Assembly: GCA_001600695.1 (NCBI GenBank)
Contig: BCKQ01000006.1
Span: 487,937-551,936 of the forward strand
Length of the DNA stretch: 64,000 bases
Source: Ascoidea asiatica JCM 7603
Lineage: Eukaryota > Fungi > Ascomycota
Direction: 5' to 3'
Part shown: piece after piece, positions 36,238-45,959 of the stretch
How the letters are laid out: each line of letters opens with the position of its first letter
How positions within the stretch are numbered: position 1 is the stretch's first letter
Program-made: the position numbers and the translations under genes
Notes under the pieces: model-generated
Databases searched by the model: none
What the model was told of the DNA's origin: nothing
Seen by the model: the letters and a program-made list of their open reading frames with translations, nothing else

Positions 36238-37014
36238 TTAAAAATTTGCAAGTCTTCTTCTTTTAATTCTATCAACCAAACTATCGTCTGATATACTTTG
36301 AATCAATGAACGATCACTTTCATTAATTTGATTATTGAATTCCTCAATATAATCAGCTATTATAGAGTTTTTTTTTTGCAACATCCTTAAAGATTCTGGT
36401 AAATAATCCCCTTTCCCAATTTGTGAAGAGCTAAAATATTCAAATGATTTCAAGCAGGGAAAAAGAAGTAGTTCATTTAAATCATCTGAATTAAATTCCT
36501 TTTTAGTTCCTGAATAATTCAAAGGTTTGAACTTATCAATATTCCATAATGCTTCATTTGATCTCAAAATTTTCGATAAGCAAATTAAAATATTTAAAAT
36601 TTTTTCCTTATGCCATTTTAAAGATCTATTTCTTTTTACATAGATCTCATTGAACTTATTTATTGAATTGAAAATTTGATTATCTATTGGAACAATATGC
36701 AATCTTAAAGCACCGAGTTTAATTGTCTTAGAAGAATTCAAAACTCTATAAGTCATTTTAAGAAAAGATCTTTCAACAAGATATCTCAAATCTATCATTA
36801 ATCTTGATAATGAATAGCATTTTCCATTAATATTAAATTTTCTCGATGCCAGACTTGGAAATTTTAACCAGCACCATCCATCTGAAGTTTTACCTTCTTG
36901 ACAAGATAATTTAGGAAAATCATACACAAGAAGTACTCCCAATGGTTTTAAATTATTCAAATCATTTGTAAACGCAGTGATTTCTTGCAATAATGAAATC
37001 TTTTGATTCACCAT
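36238..37014 (-). CDS. Hypothetical 258-aa protein, possibly the truncated N-terminus of a larger gene
   Basis: Normal-complexity ATG-initiated ORF, not antisense to another gene, divergent from ORC6. No family confidently recognised. Confidence 0.6.
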   Translation of the reverse strand: MVNQKISLLQEITAFTNDLNNLKPLGVLLVYDFPKLSCQEGKTSDGWCWLKFPSLASRKFNINGKCYSLSRLMIDLRYLVERSFLKMTYRVLNSSKTIKLGALRLHIVPIDNQIFNSINKFNEIYVKRNRSLKWHKEKILNILICLSKILRSNEALWNIDKFKPLNYSGTKKEFNSDDLNELLLFPCLKSFEYFSSSQIGKGDYLPESLRMLQKKNSIIADYIEEFNNQINESDRSLIQSISDDSLVDRIKRRRLANF

Positions 37015-37297
37015 TTAAAGCCTTATCTATAATTTTTGACTTACAATACTTCATTATCCAAAGGAATTGATTAATTACTCTACTGTAGTTTTCTCATTAG
37101 TCAAATAGTTCTGTTTTCAATTCAAATACAATTAATAATCTATTTGAATAGTAATAATAATAATTGCCAGTTGGCTAATGTCATTGTTATGCTATGATTT
37201 TGTGACTTAGTTTCCACCTGACTAACTGACAAGCACCGCATTTATGGCCTCACACTATAATAAACTTTAAATTATGAAAAATACTTTATTTATTTTA

Positions 37298-37303
37298 ACG
37301 CGT
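37298..37303. promoter_or_regulatory. MCB element ACGCGT about 145 bp upstream of ORC6
   Basis: Exact motif, at a position typical for G1/S replication genes. Confidence 0.6.
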
Positions 37304-37445
37304 TTTGAAATTTTCCGAATTGTGATTTTTGTTTACATGAAAATATATTAAGAAAAAAAATAATTGAATTTGCTTGAATCTTTGAATAAAATCATTGAAA
37401 CTGATAAGAACAATTAATTTATACTTCATTAAATCATTATCAATA

Positions 37446-38669
37446 ATGTCAATCTTCATTGCAAAACAGGCTTTGATTGAAGTGACTTCAAGTAAAAATC
37501 CTCCAAGTGAATTATGTTCAAATGCCATGGATTTATATAATAATTCAAAAAGTTTGATATCTTTATCACGAATAGAAGAATCTTCAAGAATGGCTATATG
37601 TTGCTATTTAGCTACTGAATATTATATTAAAAAGAAAAGTAATAGTAATAGTAAAGTCAGTTTGAAAGCAAACTATAATACAATACCTTTGAAAGATTCT
37701 ATTAAAGATCAATTGGTTGATACTTTTGAGAGAATTTTATTCAAATCTAAATATAAAAAAAATATCAATAATAAAAATGAAAATAATTTCGAATTAACTC
37801 CAAGAAAGATCGGAAGTATTGCAAATCTGGATACTTTAAATATTCTTAGTCCTGATAAAAAAAAGAGAAAAAGAATTAGTTCAACTAAAGTTCAAATTAT
37901 AAATCAAATTGAAGCTGAAAAAAAAAGAAATCATGCTATAGCTTTGGAGAATACTGAGGAAAGTAATAATAATACCGAAGAAAAATCGATTAAGTTTTCT
38001 TCTCCAGTAAAGAAAAAGCAAAAATTAAATAATACCACTCAATATTCTCCAAGTAAATCTTCTCCATTGAAATCTCAAATTTTAAATAAAACTTCTATAA
38101 AAAAATCAACTAAATCTCCAACTAAATCTCCAAATAAAAAAATCATGGAGGTTTCATTGACTGACATTATTGAAATTTGCAACGAATTCAAAATTACTCA
38201 ATCGATATTATGTAATATAATAATTTTCTTCAAAAAATTTCAATCAAAAGTCAATAACGAGTGGGGCTTTTTATTTGGTTTAATTTCTTTAGTTTATCAT
38301 AAGATTTTCTATAAAATTATTAAAAATCAAAAAAATTTTGGTTTTTTTAATAACTTCATAAATAATCTATTCAATTTTAAAAAAGTTGGTTTAATTAAAA
38401 GTCAATTGAAAAATTGGATTAAATATGTTGAAAATTTGATAAAAAATGAAAAATGGTTTATGATCTTAGAAATTAAATATGGTTTTAATGAAAATCAAAA
38501 TCAGGACCCATTTGATTTAAGTAATAATATCAGTTCAGTTAATAAAAACAAATATAATTATTTATATTCAATTGGTGATTTAATAACTATTGATAATAAC
38601 GCAGTTACAAACAATCAGTATTGGTTGGAGAGTGTTCAGGAAAAAATTAAACTATTGGATCAATTTTAG
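37446..38669 (+). CDS. ORC6: Origin recognition complex subunit 6
   Basis: First ATG is at 37446 (the track start is a TTG). N-terminal AMDLYNNS...L...EESSRMAICCYLATEY fits the Orc6 TFIIB-like domain. S/TP-x-K CDK sites in the linker and a helical C-terminal domain (DIIEICNEF). Confidence 0.8.
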   Translation: MSIFIAKQALIEVTSSKNPPSELCSNAMDLYNNSKSLISLSRIEESSRMAICCYLATEYYIKKKSNSNSKVSLKANYNTIPLKDSIKDQLVDTFERILFKSKYKKNINNKNENNFELTPRKIGSIANLDTLNILSPDKKKRKRISSTKVQIINQIEAEKKRNHAIALENTEESNNNTEEKSIKFSSPVKKKQKLNNTTQYSPSKSSPLKSQILNKTSIKKSTKSPTKSPNKKIMEVSLTDIIEICNEFKITQSILCNIIIFFKKFQSKVNNEWGFLFGLISLVYHKIFYKIIKNQKNFGFFNNFINNLFNFKKVGLIKSQLKNWIKYVENLIKNEKWFMILEIKYGFNENQNQDPFDLSNNISSVNKNKYNYLYSIGDLITIDNNAVTNNQYWLESVQEKIKLLDQF

Positions 38670-39537
38670 AAAATAAAAATTCCTATCTCTGGTTTTGAAT
38701 GCAACGCAATTTCAATAATTTTATACCATGAAACGATTAAATATTCAACCACTTTTTTTTTGGATAATAATGCCAGTAATAAAGGCACTAAGAGATGATT
38801 CATATTTGTTGTTATTAATTTACTGTTAAAGCTTGAATCGATAGTTTTTAGATAAGTTCTCACCATTATCAATCTAATAAGAATATAACTAGAACTGGGG
38901 ATAAACTTTGAGCTAATAAGTTTTGATGAGTTGAAATAAAAGTAAACGTGCTATTAAAGATTTTATTCAAGATAAATGAGTAAGGGATTCAAATTTTCAA
39001 AAAAGTTCTCCTGTTTAGAAATATAAGTTAACGGGTAAATAAATTTAACTTATTTTCAAGTTCTTATCAAAGATGGAATATATATAATAAAGGAGTATTT
39101 CAAAGATGAATTAATAACCAATCTGAAATTATTTTCAAAAAGTCATCAAGAGAAATTGAAATGGAATTCAAAAGAGTATATTCAATCATAATTTGGGATC
39201 ATTAGCTTGTACAATATGATAACAATAAATTATTTTTTTCGAATTTTCTTTTCAGAACCTTCTCTCTTTTTAATAAATCTTTCAAAGCTATTTCAAAACC
39301 TTAAGGGTATATGAGTTGAAAACTGTAACACAAATGAATTTGGAGTGGTAAAAAAACAAAGGAAATATTTTTTTTTGTTTACAGAAAAAAATTAAAAATT
39401 ATTGAAGACATTCAATTTGTGGGAAACTACAGTTATATATACTTTAAAAATTATTTCAGTTTAATTTATATATGAAAGCATTATATATATTATCGATTTC
39501 TAGAGATAGTACTCAAATAAACATATTTAGAAAGGAT

Positions 39538-40626
39538 TTATTTACCTACTTTAGAACAATTTTTTTTTTTGTAATCAACAATTTGTCTAACTGAATCGTC
39601 TACTGACTCCCTCAAACCTCTCAATTTAAAACCAATTAAATCTAATGTTCTCGAATTGTCATAATAAACATATTTACTAGTAATTTTTTCAGAATTTATT
39701 GAGTTTGGATCACCTTTAGCAATTTTTCCATTTAATTCAGGAAAATCTTCATTAATAATATTTAAAACTTGTTGTGAAGAAAAATAATCACTTGAACCAA
39801 TTAATCTTTTTTCATCACCAGAATTATTTTCTAATGCAAATAAATGAATTTTTGCAATATCTCTAACATCAATGAAAGCACTAGCAACATCATTGAAACA
39901 TTTCTCATCATTTGGATCTGATTTTAATAAACTATTTACAACTTCAGCCGAAACATTTAATGTATCTTTATTTAAAGTATCTTCAAATAATTGAGGACCA
40001 AATACATAAACTGGTAAAACTGTAGTTAATGTGAAATGGATATCATCTTTATTTTCTTTATAAAATTTCCAAGCAGCTTTTTCAGCATATTTTTTAGAAG
40101 AAATATACGAGGTTTCTGGATTTTTTTTAGCAATAGACCAATCCATTGGATTCCAAGTATCTTCGTTATGAATGAAAGATTTATCACCTAATTTATCAAG
40201 ATTAATAACAGCAGTCATTGAAGAAGTTATAATAACTTTTTTAACATTTTTACCAAAAGCTTTAGCAGCATTTAACATATTCAAAGTACCATTAACAGCA
40301 GGTTTTAAGAAAAATTCATCAGTATTTTCAGTAGTTGTATGATTAACAGGACTTGCAGTATGTAAAATATAATCAATTTCTGGATTATTTTTAATTGAAT
40401 TATCAAAAGCATCAGGAGAAGAAATTTCTTGAACAATTTCAAATTTTAAATTAATTTTTGAATTAATAAATTTTTTCTTATATTTATTTAATAAATTTTC
40501 AGCTTTTTCAGAAGATCTAACAGTACCAATGACATTATAACCTTTTGATAATAATAAATCAATAATATGAAGAGCAATGAAACCTGTTGCACCTGAGACT
40601 AAAACTGTTTTATCGGAGAAACCCAT
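39538..40626 (-). CDS. GRE2: NADPH-dependent methylglyoxal/aldehyde reductase, Gre2/Ari1 family
   Basis: VLVSGATGFIALHI, VIGTVRS, LHTASP, PAVNGT, YISSK (YxxxK), FGPQ and FIDVRDIA. Exact paralog uncertain. Confidence 0.88.
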   Translation of the reverse strand: MGFSDKTVLVSGATGFIALHIIDLLLSKGYNVIGTVRSSEKAENLLNKYKKKFINSKINLKFEIVQEISSPDAFDNSIKNNPEIDYILHTASPVNHTTTENTDEFFLKPAVNGTLNMLNAAKAFGKNVKKVIITSSMTAVINLDKLGDKSFIHNEDTWNPMDWSIAKKNPETSYISSKKYAEKAAWKFYKENKDDIHFTLTTVLPVYVFGPQLFEDTLNKDTLNVSAEVVNSLLKSDPNDEKCFNDVASAFIDVRDIAKIHLFALENNSGDEKRLIGSSDYFSSQQVLNIINEDFPELNGKIAKGDPNSINSEKITSKYVYYDNSRTLDLIGFKLRGLRESVDDSVRQIVDYKKKNCSKVGK

Positions 40627-40901
40627 TTTGTTATGATAGAAATATTAGTGAGTAAAAAAATGTGATTGCTTGATTAAGATTGATAATAATTCGAGATAAT
40701 ATTGTTAATTAAAATAATTAGATGATAACTTATGATAAGAAATTAATTGAAGAAAATAAAAAAAATAAATCAATTAATTTGACATTCTTTTATATTAAAA
40801 TTTTGGTTAATTTGAATTGAAGAAATCTGTTTATTCCTTTTAAGAGAAATAAAACTACTATCATGTTATCAATGATAATCTAAATGCATTTCGAATTTCA
40901 A

Positions 40902-41095
40902 TTAGTAATCACTCTGATTATAAATATTAACAATTTCAATCAGAATAATTTGAATGTTAATAAATACAATCCGACATATCAAATGTTTTCAAACTAAAAT
41001 GATAATATATTGATTAGTAATTGAGTTTTATTCATATAATTTGAAATTTTTCACCTATTTTTGAATTTTACTTAATAACTAACAGCTATTACTAA
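40902..41095. promoter_or_regulatory. Three Yap1-type elements TTACTAA/TTAGTAA upstream of the GRE2-like gene
   Basis: Sites at 40902-40908, 41014-41020 and 41089-41095. GRE2 is a known Yap1 target in S. cerevisiae. Confidence 0.55.
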
Positions 41096-41754
41096 TTGAA
41101 ATTTAAAATTTAGGTATCACCGATGAGCTCAATATATTCCGAGAAAAAGAATGAAAATAGAAATCAAACATGTTTATTTAAATACAGCTAAAAAGGAGGT
41201 AATATCCCTTTAGTTTTATTCTGTTTATTCAACTTTTGCTTCAACTAAATAATTTTATTTCTAATTTATTCTATTGCTGATTTTATTTTATTTCTATTTC
41301 TATTTGGCTTGTTGCCTGTGCTGTTTTTATTATTATTGTAAATAGCAGTTAATTCAGTTTGGAGTCCGCCTGGTTTTAGAATCCGTTAACAAAAATAAAC
41401 CGGTGGCTGATATTTCCTTATCTTTATGTGGCGTATACAAGCCGCATTTCTGTTTAGCCTTTGTGATTGAAATTGACAGTAGCAATAGATTACAAGGATA
41501 AGTAAGTTATTTGTTTATGTGATTATGATTCTCTCTGGTCAAAAATTTCTTAAACTACATGGGTAAAGAATAATATTTTAAGATAAAGTGCATAATAATA
41601 TAAAAATATAGTTAAAAAAAATGATAATCAAATACAAAAATAATGAAATGAAACAATGAAGAAAAAAGATGGTGAAAAAAGAAAAAAATCATAAGTATAT
41701 TTAAAGGCAGTAAAAAAGTTTAGAAAAAGTGAAATTTTGAATTGAAAATAAGGA

Positions 41755-43353
41755 TTACTCTCTGTAGCTTACTTCAGGTTTAATATCATCGTCATCATCA
41801 TCAGCATTGATATTATCATTGGTTTTCTTAACTGGAGCTCTTGCAGATAAATCATTATGAAATTTTTCAAATCCCATAATTATATTAATGATTAAAAATG
41901 CCATAACTGCTCCACAAAATATAGCCATAACTTTTGCATAATCATAACCTGCACTACCATCACTATTTTTAACAGGAAATTTATTACCAATTTGAGATTC
42001 AATTGTTGATGAAGCAGAAGAAGCTAAATTACCTAATTGATAAGCTAACCCAGATGCAAAAGTTCTATAAGCTGCTGGACAAATTTCCATTATATAAAGT
42101 GAAACACAACCCCAAGCTCCCATAACAAAAAATTGTAACCAAAATGTACCAGCAGTTATACCACCAACAGTTTTTGGGAAAAATGCAGGATAAATCATTG
42201 CACCCGATCCAATAAAGCAAACTACTAAAGTTAATCTTCTACCTAAAATCTCTGTTAATTGTCCCATAACTAAACCACCACACATTGCACCAACATTAAT
42301 TACACATAAAATCATTAATTTTTGATCAACTGTGACATTTCTTTGTTTAACTAACATTGTTGAATAAAGATCTTGAGATCCATGAGAAGAAAAATTCATT
42401 CCGGACATAAAAAATATAAGATAAATAAAAACTAACCAATGAGTTTTAAAAGCATCTTTTGCTTGACTCCAACCGGTAATTTTTTGATGTTTTTCTTCTT
42501 CAGTTAAATTTGAATTATGAATTCTAGTTGCTTCTCTATGTTCTAAGAAAAATTTACTTTCGGGTAAACATAATCTTGCTGCAATTAAAAGAACTGGTGG
42601 ACCTGCTGTAAACCATAATAATGCTCTCCATCCTTCACCATCTTTATAAGAATTTAAAAAAGCACGATCAAAGACGACTGCTAATAGATATCCAAAATTA
42701 TAACCAGGTAAGAAAAAACCTGCTAAAATAGAACGAGCTTCAACAGGTTGATCCTCCAAAGAAGTTGCAGCAGTATTTCCATAAAATCCACCCATGGCAA
42801 TACCAAATAAAGCTCTAATAGCTAAGAATTGAGAATATGTTTTTACAAAACCACAACCAATTTCTAAAACTATAAACATAAAACAACATAAAATATAAGG
42901 ATATTTTCTACCATATCTGTCAGAAAGTATACCAAAAATCACAGCTCCAACAGATCTAAACATTAAAACTAAAGTTATACCCCAAGTTATATCAGTTACA
43001 GATTTATTTAAAGTAACTGCAATATCAGGAGCAGTAACAGAAACAACAAAGAAATCCATTGCATCCACACTCCAACCTAACCATCCAAGAATATAAAAAC
43101 ACCAATTCATTTTTGTCATTAATTTTAAACCAGGTAATGGATTTAAAGCTGATAAACTTACCTGAGGTAATTGAAATAATGATGGAATTCTTGTTAACAA
43201 ATAATTTGAAATTGATGGCCATGATAAATCTGGTGGTTTTTCTTCATATATAATACCTTGATGACTTTTTTCATTGATAACTTTTTTAATTTGCTGATCA
43301 TTTTGATCAACTTCTAAATCTGTATTAAAATTATTTGTTTTTTCAACTGACAT
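41755..43353 (-). CDS. JEN1: JEN-family carboxylate/H+ symporter (MFS), copy 1
   Basis: DAMDFF, TLVLMFRSVGA, SDRYGRK, signature NFSSHGSQDLYST and GLAYQLGNL. Confidence 0.93.
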   Translation of the reverse strand: MSVEKTNNFNTDLEVDQNDQQIKKVINEKSHQGIIYEEKPPDLSWPSISNYLLTRIPSLFQLPQVSLSALNPLPGLKLMTKMNWCFYILGWLGWSVDAMDFFVVSVTAPDIAVTLNKSVTDITWGITLVLMFRSVGAVIFGILSDRYGRKYPYILCCFMFIVLEIGCGFVKTYSQFLAIRALFGIAMGGFYGNTAATSLEDQPVEARSILAGFFLPGYNFGYLLAVVFDRAFLNSYKDGEGWRALLWFTAGPPVLLIAARLCLPESKFFLEHREATRIHNSNLTEEEKHQKITGWSQAKDAFKTHWLVFIYLIFFMSGMNFSSHGSQDLYSTMLVKQRNVTVDQKLMILCVINVGAMCGGLVMGQLTEILGRRLTLVVCFIGSGAMIYPAFFPKTVGGITAGTFWLQFFVMGAWGCVSLYIMEICPAAYRTFASGLAYQLGNLASSASSTIESQIGNKFPVKNSDGSAGYDYAKVMAIFCGAVMAFLIINIIMGFEKFHNDLSARAPVKKTNDNINADDDDDDIKPEVSYRE

Positions 43354-43362
43354 TTTTTATCG

Positions 43363-43413
<51 letters not shown>
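43363..43413. repeat. Perfect (ATT)17 microsatellite ending about 10 nt upstream of the JEN copy 1 ATG
   Basis: Read directly from the sequence. Confidence 0.95.
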
Positions 43414-43414
<1 letters not shown>

Positions 43415-43951
43415 GTGTATTTATATTAAAATATCTTTTATAGTTATAATAATACCTTTTCTTTATTTGATATTTATTTAATACTTTGAGAAATAAAATT
43501 AAGAAAAAAAGAGAAGGAAACTAAGATTATTTATAAACAATTTCAAAAGAATAATCTAGAGTTTAGATCAATGTTGTTTAATTTTCAAAAACAGTGAAAA
43601 AAACTAAAAAAGCAAAAAAAAGTTAAAAAAAGCGAAGTAAAAAAGACAAAGTAGAAAAAACAAAGTAACAAAGACAAAGTGAAAAAAAATGAAAATAAAA
43701 ACATTCACATTTCTTCTCGTCATTGGAGAATTAATTGAATATCGGATTGGTCTTCAAGGGTTTTTACATTTTCAAAACAAAGATAATTTTATTATATCAT
43801 TATCTAACGTCTATTGGAGTTGAAAAAGAATGTCATATCTTTAGTTTGTCTTGATAACTGATAATAAATAGTCGATAATTGTGGTTTATTCAAAATCATG
43901 CCATGTTTTCTTGATCTTTTGAGAAAAAAACAAAGTAGAAAAGTGCAATTT

Positions 43952-44400
43952 CCCCAGAAAAGAAAAATTAAAAGAACTTTTTTGCATTGAAAATGTTCCA
44001 GGACAAAATCTTATTTCTTTGTATTTTTTTCCAGCACTCGTATTTATGCAGAAAAGTGTGGGTCAAAGCTAGCACCCGCACAGTTTTTCCAGACACCTTC
44101 ACAAATTCTGGAATTGGCTTGAAAATTCCCAGTTCTTTGCAATGCTAATCAATAACGGGTATCAAGCCCTGAGCAGAAGGCCCCCATTCGGAGCTGCGGG
44201 GTCACAAATGGGCCTTGGCAGAGGAAGTGTGGCACTGCCTAGAACAGTACCCAGTTACAAAAAATTCCGGGATGACAAAGATAAAACAAAAAACGGGAAC
44301 CCCAAAAGTCCCATGTGGTGCGACCCACACATGACAAACAATCCCAAAAAGCCCAATAGAACCCCAATAGCCCCAAAAAGTCCTAAAAAGCCCCAAAAAT
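43952..44400. promoter_or_regulatory. Carbon-source-type promoter of JEN copy 1: Mig1-like SYGGRG boxes and CCAAT boxes
   Basis: CCCCAG plus AAAA at 43952, GCGGGG at 44196, and CCAAT at 44353 and 44364 within a ~10-bp CCC-A-rich iteration (44341-44400). Confidence 0.5.
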
Positions 44401-45959
44401 GACATTTTTATTCTGTTGCCGAAGCGTTACCGTAGCATTGCTGAATATTTTTAGTTACGTAGGAATATAAAAAATAAAATGGGCAGGCTCAATCTTTAAA
44501 GACTGGCTGAAATGCTCTCCTTAATATTAACCAAGGAAAGTGTATAGACATGGAGAAATGGCACATTTGCTGGTTAAGATTCTACGTTATGGCATAGGCA
44601 TATTCCTCCACCTTGCTTCATTACTATTTGCAGTAGTTTTTCTATCTTTTTTTGCTATCGCAAATGAGTTCAAGAACTTTGAACTCCAATAAAACTGTTT
44701 AAGCATAACTTTATAGAAAGAAACCCCCAATTTTTAAGTCGCCTAATCGAGTCTGCAAAGAAAAGAAATAATAAAGAAGGAAAAAATAAGAAAAGAAGGG
44801 AAAAAAAGAAGGGGAAAAACCTAATGTTGGAGAATAAATTTCTCTCTATTAAAAACGTTGGCCTTTATTTTTAAGCAAATATTCAATTAACCATTACAGC
44901 TAAAGCTATCTATGAGAGCATGAGAACAAGTGAAATAATTTTTTTGAAATTACACAAATATTATTTTTTATTAGGGCATTATCGCCGAAGGACATAAAAA
45001 AAGTGTTGTATCACTCATTATTGATAGCATTGACCTCAAGTTTTATATAACTAATGCTGGGATAGAAATACCAGCCAATAAAAACCGAGTTTCAAACGTC
45101 AAGTGTGCTATGAGGCAGGTTGCAGCTCCTACGCACACCTTAGTGGGGTGCCTGAAGTTGCATTGTCTGCGGAGTTAAGCATAAACTCTGATTTTATAAT
45201 TGCGAGTGTAAGCTTCTCGCGAATTAATGAGTAATTCATTTTGAAGATTACTATCTGCTCTTCATTAATGCTATGTAATATTTGGCTTTACTTTATCTTT
45301 TATTTCTTTTTCTTCACTAATTTATTTAATTCCCAAACTCCGATTAATCAAGCTTTCTATTTAGTTTCCTCCGCTGTTTGGTGATGGCTTTTGATTGGGC
45401 AACTAGCTTCTCTAGTCCTTTTTGTACTGTTCATTCAATTAGCAAGTGTGTCGGATCAAAGGAGAATCCTTTTGCCTCTCTTTTTCTTTATCTTACTTTT
45501 TATCCTCAATAAAAATGCACATTATTTTGTATCTCTTTTTTTGTATTTCCAGAATAGGGAATCCATATAATAATCCGAGCAAGTTTCCGGTCAATGCTTT
45601 TATTACCTACTTGAGAAATATATGATAAAAAAAACAATTTCAAAAATAGTAAATATTGGGATTGAGATTAAACTGATTTTTCTTGTGAGAAATATACTTC
45701 AATAATCTTTTAAAATAGAATATTATAGCAAATCTGGAACATATATTGCTTGCGAATCAGTTTTTTCATTTCAATTGGTGATTATAGCTAGCTCTTTTGC
45801 TTTATAATTTCAGATAAACGTTTAAAAATGATTGAAAAAGAGAAATTTAATGTATTTAAGTTTAAAATGCTTTAAAATGAACAGGGGAAAGAAAAAACTA
45901 TATTGAAGTAAAAAAAATAAATAAGAAAAAGGTTGGAAAGAAAATAGATTATTTATTAT

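Noticed and set aside
37395-37445. Track starts at TTG for ORC6 (37395) and ATG4 (59218)
   Set aside because: Eukaryotic genes; the first in-frame ATGs at 37446 and 59263 have A at -3 and are the more plausible starts.
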